Positions 19,377 through 27,838 of a stretch of DNA of 64,000 nucleotides are shown here, piece by piece (position 1 is the stretch's first letter; each line of letters opens with the position of its first letter). The stretch lies in NCBI RefSeq assembly GCF_053078305.1, contig NZ_CP166879.1. One strand, written 5' to 3'. A program made the translations under genes and the position numbers. The notes under the pieces were generated by a model. That model was given only the letters and a program-made list of their open reading frames with translations. It did not search any database and was not told the origin of the DNA.

Positions 19377-19407
19377 AAATCCCGCCACAACGCGGGATTT
19401 TTATTTT
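19377..19407 (+). terminator. rho-independent terminator after gemA
   Basis: Perfect 9-bp stem AAATCCCGC / GCGGGATTT (19377-19385 and 19392-19400), 6-nt loop, followed by TTTTATTTT. Confidence 0.75.
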
Positions 19408-19441
19408 AAACTTACCGGGAACGCGAGAACCGGAGGCTGAT

Positions 19442-19867
19442 ATGGCAGAAACTCAGATGAGCATGTTTGGTGGTGACAGTGAGCAACTGCACGCCCTTAT
19501 CGACCGCCTTGATGACATCCCTGATGATGTTCTCAAAAAGAACTGGCCGCGGACCCTGTCAGAACTGGTTGAAGTCACCGGCGCAGAACTTCAGCGTCAG
19601 GGGATTGAGCCGGTACTGGCCGGTAAACTGGCACGCAAGGTGGCTGCGGCTCAGGCAGCCTATATGGGCGGACGGGGTTATTACCTGCCGGTCGGGGAAT
19701 CTCTCTTTGCCGAGCTGCGAAACAATGAGATATTTTCGCGCTGGGACCGGGGCGAGAAGATTGAATCCCTTCGCCGCCATTACCGGATGTCAGAAACCCA
19801 GATTTATACCGTCATACGTGAACAGCGCCGTCTGCATCTGGCAAGAACGCAACCGCCACTTTTCTGA
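19442..19867 (+). CDS. mor: Mor/C-family transcriptional activator
   Basis: 141 aa. The C-terminal half YMGGRGYYLPVGESLFAELRNNEIFSRWDRGEKIESLRRHYRMSETQIYTVIREQRRL parallels Mu Mor (GGGQVYIPRGQALDSLIRDLRIWNDFNGRNVSELTTRYGVTFNTVYKAIRRMRRL). Confidence 0.82.
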   Translation: MAETQMSMFGGDSEQLHALIDRLDDIPDDVLKKNWPRTLSELVEVTGAELQRQGIEPVLAGKLARKVAAAQAAYMGGRGYYLPVGESLFAELRNNEIFSRWDRGEKIESLRRHYRMSETQIYTVIREQRRLHLARTQPPLF

Positions 19868-19938
19868 TATTCCGCAAAGCCTGCCGCCTCTCCTTCACCG
19901 TTACGCTGACTCAGAGAACATCATGAGACAGCGTAACA

Positions 19939-20439
19939 ATGCCAAAACTCCCCGCACCACTGCGTAAAAAGCTGATTGCCCTTGTTCTGGCCGGTGCCGG
20001 GACGTTCACGATTGCCACGCATTACACCGGTTACTGGGAAGGGAAAGAAAACTCCACGTATATCGATCCCACCGGTACACCCACCATCTGTTACGGCCAT
20101 ACCGGCCCGGATGTGAAACCGGGTATGACCCTGACAGATGAAGAATGCCTGGAACTACTGGAAAAGGACATGAAATGGGCCTTTGCGGCCATTGATCGGC
20201 GTGTTCAGGTGCCGCTTACCCGTGGTCAGACGGTGGCGCTGGCTTCGTGGATCTTCTGGGCCGGTGAAACGAACTTTCGCAACTCCACGCTTCTGCGCCT
20301 GATCAATGCCGGGCAGATGCCCGCGTCCTGTAAGCAGTATATCCGCTGGATTTATTCAAAGGGGGTGAAACTTCCCGGCCTTGAGGCCCGCCGTTCGGCG
20401 GATGAATGGTTATGTCGCTACGACTTGCCGAAAGTCTGA
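19939..20439 (+). CDS. lys: SAR endolysin (T4-lysozyme/GH24 family)
   Basis: 166 aa. Gly/Ala-rich N-terminal signal-anchor-release segment KKLIALVLAGAGTFTIATHY, then the catalytic E-x8-D-x5-T pattern (YWEGKENSTYIDPTGTPTICYGHT). Confidence 0.9.
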   Translation: MPKLPAPLRKKLIALVLAGAGTFTIATHYTGYWEGKENSTYIDPTGTPTICYGHTGPDVKPGMTLTDEECLELLEKDMKWAFAAIDRRVQVPLTRGQTVALASWIFWAGETNFRNSTLLRLINAGQMPASCKQYIRWIYSKGVKLPGLEARRSADEWLCRYDLPKV

Positions 20440-20516
20440 ACCGCTTCTGGCGACCGCTCATGATAGCGCTGCTGTGTGCGGTACTGCTGTTACGGGGTGT
20501 CCTGTGGCTGCGGTGA
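20406..20516 (+). CDS. candidate small membrane protein (36 aa) in the lysis cassette, not in the ORF track
   Basis: ATG at 20406 gives MVMSLRLAESLNRFWRPLMIALLCAVLLLRGVLWLR with one hydrophobic helix. Its TGA overlaps the GTG (GTGA) proposed as the i-spanin start. Evidence is its position in the lysis cassette and the single hydrophobic helix only. Confidence 0.33.
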   Translation: MVMSLRLAESLNRFWRPLMIALLCAVLLLRGVLWLR

Positions 20517-20902
20517 ATAACGCCTTACCGGCCCTGATTGCCGGGGCGTGCATGGCGGCGCTGGGGACTATCGCTGTACTGGTTGCCGCGATATGGGGAA
20601 TGCACCAGAAGACGCAGCGCCTTGAAGACAATAATCAGGTGCTTGTGCGTGAGCGGGATGAGGCGCGTCAGGTGCTGGCAAATCAGCAGCACACCCTGCA
20701 ACTCATTTCACAAATCAGTGAGGCGGCCACGAATGAAAAGCAACAGAACATTCAGCACAGCGAGGAGCAGCAGAGCGTTGTCCGCCGGTCGCTGGCAGCA
20801 GTGCCTGCGGCCTCTGTCCCTGTTCCTGATGATGTGGCTGACCGGGTGCGCCGGGCCGTCTGTGAAATACGTGCCTGTGAAGCCGGTGCCGATCCCCGCT
20901 GA
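20513..20902 (+). CDS. i-spanin (Rz-like inner-membrane spanin subunit)
   Basis: Frame of ORF 20381-20902. From GTG 20513 it reads VNNALPALIAGACMAALGTIAVLVAAIWGM (TM helix), then a Gln/Glu/Arg-rich coiled-coil region. It contains the embedded o-spanin start. The start codon is uncertain. Confidence 0.6.
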   Translation: MNNALPALIAGACMAALGTIAVLVAAIWGMHQKTQRLEDNNQVLVRERDEARQVLANQQHTLQLISQISEAATNEKQQNIQHSEEQQSVVRRSLAAVPAASVPVPDDVADRVRRAVCEIRACEAGADPR

Positions 20903-21104
20903 ATGGCTGGCTGACTGCCTGGTCCCTCCTGCGCCGGAGCCGTTCACGTTTGGGGCATCGGTCACTTACAACCTGCAACTGCTGGCGGTGATCAAGAACT
21001 GCAACGTGGATAAGGCCAGTATTCGTCGTCTGGAGGCGCGGCGACAACATGAATTTACTGATATGGCCGGAACGCCTGCTGTTCCGGCAGGAAAGACGAA
21101 GTAA
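20733..21104 (+). CDS. o-spanin (Rz1-like outer-membrane lipoprotein), overlapped architecture
   Basis: ATG at 20733 in the +1 frame inside the i-spanin gene. Signal peptide with lipobox LSLFLMMWLTGC, then a Pro-rich mature part (VKYVPVKPVPIPAEW...PPAPEP). It extends past the i-spanin stop. Confidence 0.7.
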   Translation: MKSNRTFSTARSSRALSAGRWQQCLRPLSLFLMMWLTGCAGPSVKYVPVKPVPIPAEWLADCLVPPAPEPFTFGASVTYNLQLLAVIKNCNVDKASIRRLEARRQHEFTDMAGTPAVPAGKTK

Positions 21105-21114
21105 GGAAAAAGGT

Positions 21115-21342
21115 ATGGATGATTCAGATCGTGCTCAGGCTGTGATGGAGCGGGGATCAGAACGCGCCCTTTGTAACCGGCTGACACGTAAGCGCCGGGC
21201 AGTGGATGCTCCGGGCAGACGTGTCTGCGCGGACTGTGGCGGAGAGATCCCCGCCGCACGTCTTGTTGCTGTGCCGGATGCCATCCGTTGTGTGAACTGC
21301 CAGAACATCATGGAGGCCCGTCATGTGGGTCAGCATCGTTAA
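21115..21342 (+). CDS. TraR/DksA-family C4 zinc-finger protein
   Basis: ORF-track 21049-21342. ATG at 21115 follows AAGGAAAAAGGT. Motif CADCGGEIPAARLVAVPDAIRCVNC is typical of phage TraR-like proteins. Confidence 0.7.
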   Translation: MDDSDRAQAVMERGSERALCNRLTRKRRAVDAPGRRVCADCGGEIPAARLVAVPDAIRCVNCQNIMEARHVGQHR

Positions 21343-21631
21343 AGATTATGTTGTGCCGATCCTTTCGGCGACGGCAACCGCTGGCGGGATATTCATGGCG
21401 CTGATGCGCAAAACGTTTGTCCCCCGCGAGGCCTTTGAAAAACTCTCCGACCGCGTTGAGAAGGTGGAAACCCGTCTGTCGTCACTGCCGACAGAAGCCG
21501 AGGTCAACCGTCTGAATGTGGAAATCGTGACCCTGCGGGGTGAACTGAAAACCACGAACGCCACGCTCCGCTCTGTCTCCTATCAGAACGAACTGCTGCT
21601 GGAGCAGGCTGTAAGGAAAAAAACGCAATGA
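21323..21631 (+). CDS. membrane/coiled-coil protein, Mu gp25-like position
   Basis: 102 aa with N-terminal hydrophobic VVPILSATATAGGIFMALM followed by a coiled-coil segment. Position before the terminase genes. Confidence 0.5.
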   Translation: MWVSIVKDYVVPILSATATAGGIFMALMRKTFVPREAFEKLSDRVEKVETRLSSLPTEAEVNRLNVEIVTLRGELKTTNATLRSVSYQNELLLEQAVRKKTQ

Positions 21632-21918
21632 GTGATTTCATTACTGAAGATCAGCGTCTGGTCATTCTGCGGTCGCTGGCAGATTACAACGGTGAACTGG
21701 GTGAATCCGTGCTCCAGGACTGTCTGGATGATTACGGCCACCGCGTGTCCCGCGACACCGTTCACACCCACATTGCCTGGCTTGCCGAGCAGGGACTGGT
21801 GCGCAAACGTGTTCTGATTAACGGTTATTTCATCGCAGAGCTGACCGGCCGGGGGCAGGATGTGGCGGAAGGCCGCGCCAGTGTTCCGGGTGTGAAGAAA
21901 CCACGCGCAAGGGGGTAA
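21628..21918 (+). CDS. winged-helix-like small protein, Mu gp26-like position
   Basis: 96-aa ORF with ATGA coupling. Synteny with Mu gp26 upstream of the terminase genes. Confidence 0.5.
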   Translation: MSDFITEDQRLVILRSLADYNGELGESVLQDCLDDYGHRVSRDTVHTHIAWLAEQGLVRKRVLINGYFIAELTGRGQDVAEGRASVPGVKKPRARG

Positions 21919-21920
21919 CG

Positions 21921-22502
21921 ATGGACAAGCCGACGCGTGGTCGTGTACGCAAGGTGGATTTGCTCCCCGACAGTATCCGTAAGCCGCTGCTGGAAATGCT
22001 GCGTGAAAAACGTCTGACGCAGGTCCAGATCCGCGAGGAAATCAACCGTCTGATCCGTGAGGCGGGCCTGCCGGAAGAGCAGCAGCTTTCACCGGCGGCC
22101 ATCAGCCGGGAAGCCTCCCGTAATGAGCTGATTGCCCGTAACCTGCGTGATTTACGCGAGCAGACAAAAGCCATGATGGCCGAACTGGGGGACAAGCCGA
22201 CCGGTGAAACCACTGCACTGATTCTGGAGATGTCCCGCGCCCTGATGTACCGCCGTCTGCGTGCCGCCACCGAATCCCTGAACAGCGACAGCGACGTGGA
22301 TATGCGTCTTATTAAGGACATCCTCCTGTCAGCACAGCGTGCGGAAAGTGCCGCCGAGCGCAGCATTAAGCGTGAAAAAGAAATCCGGGCTGCATTTGCT
22401 GAAGAGATGGCAAACGCCGTCACCGACGAGCTGCGCGGCGTGGACGGGATGAGTGAACAGCTTGAGTCCCGTATTAAGGGGATTCTGTTGGGTAAAGCCT
22501 GA
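21921..22502 (+). CDS. putative terminase small subunit (Mu gp27-like)
   Basis: 193 aa, immediately upstream of and coupled (TGATG) to the large terminase. N-terminal basic DNA-binding-like region. Confidence 0.6.
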   Translation: MDKPTRGRVRKVDLLPDSIRKPLLEMLREKRLTQVQIREEINRLIREAGLPEEQQLSPAAISREASRNELIARNLRDLREQTKAMMAELGDKPTGETTALILEMSRALMYRRLRAATESLNSDSDVDMRLIKDILLSAQRAESAAERSIKREKEIRAAFAEEMANAVTDELRGVDGMSEQLESRIKGILLGKA

Positions 22503-24166
22503 TGAATAACGCCGAAGAACGCTCACCCTTACTGACGAATACCGTCTCCACCCGCAAAATTGATCTGGCCGGTGAAAAAGCCCTGCTGGGCGTGGATGTG
22601 CCGGACAGCCTTGATTTGCCCGGTGATATGCCGGTGTTTCTGGATTATCAGGCCCGCTGGTTTGAGGATGAAAGCGAGGTCTGCATCGCGGAAAAATCCC
22701 GCCGCACCGGGCTTACCTGGGCGGAAGCCGGGCGTAACGTCATTACCGCTGCAAAACCGAAGCGGCGTGGTGGCCGCAATGTGTTTTATGTGGGGTCAAA
22801 GCAGGAGATGGCGCTGGAATATATTTCTGCCTGTGCATTGTTCTCCCGTGCCTTTAACCAGCTGGCCGATGCTGATGTGTATGAGCAGACCTTCTGGGAT
22901 CGGGATAAAAAAGAAGAAATTCTGACCTACATGATCCGCTTTCCGAACAGTGGATTCAAAATTCAGGCGCTGTCTTCCCGTCCGTCAAACCTGCGCGGCC
23001 TTCAGGGGGATGTGGTGATTGATGAAGCCGCGTTCCACGAGTCGCTGGATGAACTTCTCAAGGCGGCAATGGCGCTTACCATGTGGGGCGCGCGCGTGCG
23101 TATTATCTCCACGCATAACGGCGTCGATAATCTGTTTAATCAGTACATTCAGGAAGCCCGCGAGGGGCGCAAGGATTACAGCGTCCACCGCATTACCCTG
23201 GATGATGCCATTACGGACGGGTTGTACCGTCGTATCTGTTATGTCACCGGCCGCGAATGGTCACCGGAAAGCGAGCAGAAGTGGCGTGATGATCTCTACA
23301 AAAACGCCCCGACCCGTGAGGATGCCGACGAGGAATACGGCTGTATCCCGAAAAAATCCGGCGGTGCCTATATTCCTCACGCACTTATTGAAATGGCGAT
23401 GATCCGCGACATCCCGATTCTGACGTTTGAAGCCCCGGACGACTTCATCAGCCGTGCCGCATGGCTGCGTGAATCGGAAGTTTTAACCTGGTGTGAAGAA
23501 CATTTAAAACCGCTTTTAGAGGCGTTAAATCCCCGTTCCCGCTTCAGCTTCGGGGAAGACTTTGCCCGCACCGGTGACCTGTCCTGCTTTGTGCTGCTGG
23601 AAATCACTGAATCCCTGGCAAAACGCGAGGTGTTTCGCGTGGAGCTGCGCAACCTGCCGTATGCCCAGCAGGAGCAGGTGATGATGTACATCCTGACCCG
23701 CGTTCCGGCGCTGGTCGGTGCGGCGTTCGACGCCACCGGTAACGGCGGCTATCTGGCCGAAGCCGCGCTGCTGGCCTTTGGCCCGGACATCATCGACTGC
23801 GTGATGTTATCGCCGAAGTGGTACGGCGAGTGGATGCCAAAACTGAAGGCCGAGTTTGAAGATCAGAATATCCTCGTCGCCCGCCATCAGACCACGCTTG
23901 ATGATTTGCGCCATGTGAAGATGGTGAACGGTATCCCGCAAATCGACAAGGGGCGCACGAAGGACCAGAACGCAACGGCTGTGAACGCCCGCCGCCATGG
24001 CGATTTTGCCGTGGCGCTCTGTATGGCAAACCGGGCGTCATACATGGAGGGCTTCATCCTGGATGAATCAGCCTGTCAGGCGCTGCCGGAGCGGTCGCGG
24101 GCAATGGAGGGCGGTTATCGTGATGACGATGAGGCATATCATGAATTTGATCGGGGGTGCTGGTAG
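22502..24166 (+). CDS. terminase large subunit (Mu gp28/E-like)
   Basis: 554 aa. Position and size match Mu gp28. It precedes the portal gene. Confidence 0.85.
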   Translation: MNNAEERSPLLTNTVSTRKIDLAGEKALLGVDVPDSLDLPGDMPVFLDYQARWFEDESEVCIAEKSRRTGLTWAEAGRNVITAAKPKRRGGRNVFYVGSKQEMALEYISACALFSRAFNQLADADVYEQTFWDRDKKEEILTYMIRFPNSGFKIQALSSRPSNLRGLQGDVVIDEAAFHESLDELLKAAMALTMWGARVRIISTHNGVDNLFNQYIQEAREGRKDYSVHRITLDDAITDGLYRRICYVTGREWSPESEQKWRDDLYKNAPTREDADEEYGCIPKKSGGAYIPHALIEMAMIRDIPILTFEAPDDFISRAAWLRESEVLTWCEEHLKPLLEALNPRSRFSFGEDFARTGDLSCFVLLEITESLAKREVFRVELRNLPYAQQEQVMMYILTRVPALVGAAFDATGNGGYLAEAALLAFGPDIIDCVMLSPKWYGEWMPKLKAEFEDQNILVARHQTTLDDLRHVKMVNGIPQIDKGRTKDQNATAVNARRHGDFAVALCMANRASYMEGFILDESACQALPERSRAMEGGYRDDDEAYHEFDRGCW

Positions 24167-25755
24167 TGGGACGCATAATTGATCTTGACGGAAAACCTTT
24201 CTCCTTTGACCCGGAGATGCAGAGTGCCGTGCTGGATATTCCGCAGATTGCCAGCCGTTATATTGAGCATCCGGCCTCGGGTATCACCCCGAACCGGGCG
24301 GCACAGTGCCTTCGCGGGGCTGAACGTGGCGATCTGATTGCCCAGTCCGATCTGGCCGCTGACATTGAAGAAAAGGATACCCATCTTTTTGCAGAGCTGG
24401 GCAAGCGACGTCTTGCCATTCAGGGGGTGCCCTGGAGTATTGAGCCGCCCCCGAACGCCAGCGCGAATGAGAAAAAGGACGCGGAAATGCTCGACGAATA
24501 CCTGCATTCCGCCGACTGGTTTGATGCCATGCTGTTTGATGCCACCGATGCCATCCTGAAAGGCTATTCCTGCATGGAGATTGAGCACGGGATGCTCGGT
24601 AAAATGCACATCATCCGCGCCATCCGCTGGCGTGACAGCGGGCATTTCTGCCTTAACCCGGATGATTTGAGCGAACTGCGGCTGCGTGACGGCAGCCATG
24701 CCGGGGTGGCGTTTCAGCCCTTTGGCTGGATAGTGCATCAGTCACGTTCACGCACCGGTTACGGCGGCGCAACAGGGCTTGTCAGAACGCTTATCTGGCC
24801 GTTCATTTTCAAAAACTATTCCGTGCGCGATCTGGCTGAATTTCTGGAGGTGTACGGCCTGCCGATGAAGGTCGGTAAATACCCGTCCGGGGCAACACCG
24901 GAGCAGAAAAGCGCCCTGATGCGGGCGGTGATGGATATCGGGCGACGTACAGGCGGGATCATCCCGGCCGGGATGTCGCTGGAGTTTCAGGCAGCCGCGA
25001 ACGGTCAGGCCGATCCGTTTGAAACCATGATTTCGTGGGGGGAGCGTTCCATCTCCAAAGCAATACTCGGCGGCACGCTGACCACGGAAGCCGGAGACAA
25101 AGGCGCGCGCTCGCTGGGTGAAGTGCATAACGAGGTGCGCCGGGAAATCAGGGATTCTGATTTACGCCAGCTGGCCGCCACGCTGAACCGCGATCTGGTG
25201 TATCCGCTGTATGCCCTGAACACCGCCCACGCCATTGATATCCGTCGCCTGCCGCGTATCTGTTTCCAGACAAAAGAGCCGGGGGATATCACCAAAATCA
25301 CCAGTGCGGTGATGCAGCTCAGTACGGGGATGGATATTCCTGATCCCTGGATAAGGGAGCAGACCGGTATTCCGCAGCCCACGCCCGGTGAAGCCATCTT
25401 CCGTGTCCGTCAGAGTGGAAATGAACCTGCTCAGACAGACAAAGAGATGCCACCGGAAAAACAGGAGAAGACAGAGCAGACAGCGCTGGCTGCCAGACTG
25501 CCGGAAGCGAAAAGCAGCCCCCGTGATGAACTGGACGACATGGGGGATGCGGTGCCTGCCCGCCGGTTACAGGAGGCCATCGACCCGCTACTGGAGCCGG
25601 TCATTGATGCCATCAGAACGCGGGGGCTGGCGGAGGCACTGGCAGACCTGCCCGCCCTTTACCGTGAAATGGATGATTCCCGCCTGATGACGCTGCTCAG
25701 TGATGCCATGTTTGCTGCGGAAATGAAGGGGATGCTGGATGGCACAGGGGATTGA
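24157..25755 (+). CDS. portal protein (Mu gp29/H-like)
   Basis: 532 aa. Position and size match the Mu portal. GTG start overlaps the terminase stop. Confidence 0.85.
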   Translation: MLVVGRIIDLDGKPFSFDPEMQSAVLDIPQIASRYIEHPASGITPNRAAQCLRGAERGDLIAQSDLAADIEEKDTHLFAELGKRRLAIQGVPWSIEPPPNASANEKKDAEMLDEYLHSADWFDAMLFDATDAILKGYSCMEIEHGMLGKMHIIRAIRWRDSGHFCLNPDDLSELRLRDGSHAGVAFQPFGWIVHQSRSRTGYGGATGLVRTLIWPFIFKNYSVRDLAEFLEVYGLPMKVGKYPSGATPEQKSALMRAVMDIGRRTGGIIPAGMSLEFQAAANGQADPFETMISWGERSISKAILGGTLTTEAGDKGARSLGEVHNEVRREIRDSDLRQLAATLNRDLVYPLYALNTAHAIDIRRLPRICFQTKEPGDITKITSAVMQLSTGMDIPDPWIREQTGIPQPTPGEAIFRVRQSGNEPAQTDKEMPPEKQEKTEQTALAARLPEAKSSPRDELDDMGDAVPARRLQEAIDPLLEPVIDAIRTRGLAEALADLPALYREMDDSRLMTLLSDAMFAAEMKGMLDGTGD

Positions 25756-27064
25756 TTTAGGTTATGCCGCCACCCTTCCCTCAAAAGAGGCGGTGGCATA
25801 CTTCCGCGCCAAAGGGGCGCATATCAGCTGGAACTGGTTCGAAACAGACGCGGATGTTCATGCCCGTTCATTCACGGCGGCAAAAGCGGCACGCCTGGAC
25901 GTACTGACTACACTACAGGCGGAAGTGCAACGGGCTATTGATGAGGGGATTTCACAGAAAGCATTTATCCGCACACTGACCCCCCGCCTGCAAAAGCTGG
26001 GATGGTGGGGAAAGCAGATTGTGGTGGACAGCGCTGGTAACGCAGAAGAAGTGCAGCTGGGCAGTCCCCGCCGTCTGGCGCTGATTTACAACGTGAACAC
26101 CCGCGTGGCTTACAATGCCGGGCGTTACACGCAGATGATGAACAACACGGACACGCATCCGTTCTGGCAGTATGTGGCGGTGATGGACAGCCGCACCCGC
26201 CCGGCGCATTCCGCCCTTAACGGGCTGGTATTCCGCTATGACGATCCGTTCTGGAAAACACACTACCCGCCCAATGGCTGGAACTGCCGCTGCCGTGTCC
26301 GGCCATTGTCTCAGGCCCGTCTGGATGCGATGGGGCTGTCTGTTTCATCCGGTCAGGATCATCTCTCCACCCGCAATGTTGAGGCTGGCGTGGATAAGCA
26401 GACCGGGGAAGTCAGAGAAATGCCGGTGACCACATATTCAGATGGCACCAGAACCATGACACCGGATGTGGGCTGGTCATATAACCCCGGTTCGGCGGCG
26501 TTCGGCACAGACCAGGCGCTGATCCGTAAACTGATCGAGGTGAAAAGCCCGGCGTTACGGGAAATGGTGGTTCAGGAGATGAACAACAGCCCGGAGCGGC
26601 AGCTGGCGTTCCGCATCTGGGCAAAAAACATCATGAAAACCCGGCGAGGCGGTAACGATATCCGCACGCTGGGCTTTATGACCGAAAGTATTGCGCAGGC
26701 GGTGGAAAGCCGGACGGGAACGCCACCGGCCCGCCTGCTGGCGATGAGCGGTAAAAATGTGCTCCATGCGGACAGCGTGAAACATCAGAATGACGGTATC
26801 GCCCTGACGCCGGAGGATTTCGCGCAGTTTCCCGCCATGCTGGCTGCCCCCGATGCCGTGCTGTGGGATCATGTCCATCAGAACTTGCTTTACATCACTG
26901 AAACCCGTGACGGAACGGCAAAGATTGCCGTCAATGCGCCTTATAGTGTGAAACGTCAGCCGGATAAGCTGGATGTGGTGATTAATGCCTATAGAGTGAG
27001 CAGGAATACTCTGATTGATGCTGTTCAGGGAGGTAAGATGGAGATCCTCGAAGGGAAATTGTAA
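25739..27064 (+). CDS. head morphogenesis protein (Mu F/gp30-like)
   Basis: 441 aa. RTRPAHSALNGLVFRYDDPFWKTHYPPNGWNCRCRV is the conserved Mu-F/SPP1-gp7 family motif. Confidence 0.85.
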   Translation: MAQGIDLGYAATLPSKEAVAYFRAKGAHISWNWFETDADVHARSFTAAKAARLDVLTTLQAEVQRAIDEGISQKAFIRTLTPRLQKLGWWGKQIVVDSAGNAEEVQLGSPRRLALIYNVNTRVAYNAGRYTQMMNNTDTHPFWQYVAVMDSRTRPAHSALNGLVFRYDDPFWKTHYPPNGWNCRCRVRPLSQARLDAMGLSVSSGQDHLSTRNVEAGVDKQTGEVREMPVTTYSDGTRTMTPDVGWSYNPGSAAFGTDQALIRKLIEVKSPALREMVVQEMNNSPERQLAFRIWAKNIMKTRRGGNDIRTLGFMTESIAQAVESRTGTPPARLLAMSGKNVLHADSVKHQNDGIALTPEDFAQFPAMLAAPDAVLWDHVHQNLLYITETRDGTAKIAVNAPYSVKRQPDKLDVVINAYRVSRNTLIDAVQGGKMEILEGKL

Positions 27065-27151
27065 GTCGGTGGTGGGGGTCGAACCCACATAAACATCCTT
27101 CGGGTGAAGATATCCCTCAGGTGCCGCTTTACCAGTTAAGAGTACACCGAC
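27064..27151 (-). ncRNA. tRNA-like element (88 nt) with canonical acceptor stem and T-arm but non-canonical D/anticodon core
   Basis: The minus strand reads GTCGGTG-TA-[54 nt]-GTGGG-TTCGACC-CCCAC-CACCGAC-T. It has a 7/7-bp acceptor stem, a 5-bp T stem, a T-loop of TTCGANN type, and a D-loop-like TAACTGGTAA with GG. The best anticodon-like hairpin is ATCTT-CACCCGA-AGGAT, with A instead of U at position 33. No CCA is encoded. Confidence 0.5.
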
Positions 27152-27189
27152 CTGCTTTTATTTTAACCAGGTAGTTTCACGGAGGCAAT

Positions 27190-27663
27190 ATGTCATCCAT
27201 TGATGCCGCTGTCGTTGTTGACGTTACGCGTCTCCAGCGGGTCTTTGCCCGGCTTCAGTTTGTGGGTGGTGGAAAAGACCTGGCCCGCAGTGTGGCGGCG
27301 AGTCTTCTGTCATCGTCAGAAATGGCGTTTGAACAGGAAAAAGAGCCGGACGGCGAACGCTGGCATGACTGGTCAGATCCTTACCGCAAGTGGCGTACCC
27401 GTAAGGGATACATGCCCGGCAAAATCCTGACGCTGAACGGCGATCTGGCCCGACGCCTGACCACGGATTATGGAGATACCTGGGCGCTGATTGGATCAAA
27501 TGAGCCTTATGCGGCCATTCATCAGTGGGGTGGCCTGCCAGGTATGCCGCCTGGACCGGCGGCCATTGGTGCACGTCCGTATATGGGCTTTGATCAGGTG
27601 GCAGAGCAGGAGATCATGGACGAAATCAGAAAACGCTTTAAAAAGGCCACAGAAACGCCTTAA
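27190..27663 (+). CDS. virion morphogenesis protein (Mu G/gp31-like)
   Basis: 157 aa. Size and position match Mu G. The motif PYAAIHQWGG is typical of the family. Confidence 0.8.
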   Translation: MSSIDAAVVVDVTRLQRVFARLQFVGGGKDLARSVAASLLSSSEMAFEQEKEPDGERWHDWSDPYRKWRTRKGYMPGKILTLNGDLARRLTTDYGDTWALIGSNEPYAAIHQWGGLPGMPPGPAAIGARPYMGFDQVAEQEIMDEIRKRFKKATETP

Positions 27664-27773
27664 TTGTTTAAGGTATGCAAATGCATTACCTTACCCCCTT
27701 CAGGCGCGTGTCGTGATTTTCTAACCTGTATTTAACGGGCTTTAAAATCTGCGTGAAGCGCCTTTGCATTTTT

Positions 27774-27818
27774 CCCTGAAAATACTTCCTGAAATCCCGC
27801 AAAACCCGCCCTGAAAAT
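27774..27818 (+). promoter_or_regulatory. candidate late-promoter/activator region upstream of the protease-scaffold gene (direct repeats)
   Basis: CCCTGAAAAT occurs at 27774-27783 and again at 27809-27818. A third CCTGAAA lies at 27788-27794. All sit in the 175-bp gap where Mu has its C-dependent P(I) promoter. Confidence 0.3.
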
Positions 27819-27838
27819 TCCCGGCTTATGCTGCCGGT

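Noticed and set aside
19467-19967. 166-aa plus-strand ORF overlapping mor in another frame
   Set aside because: The mor frame has clear family similarity to Mu Mor. The alternative frame is Arg/Cys/Ser-rich and would run into the lys start.
20381-20512. N-terminal 44 codons of the 173-aa ORF that contains the i-spanin
   Set aside because: This part overlaps the endolysin 3' end and has no membrane or spanin character. The GTG at 20513, directly before the TM helix, is a more plausible start, but this is not proven.
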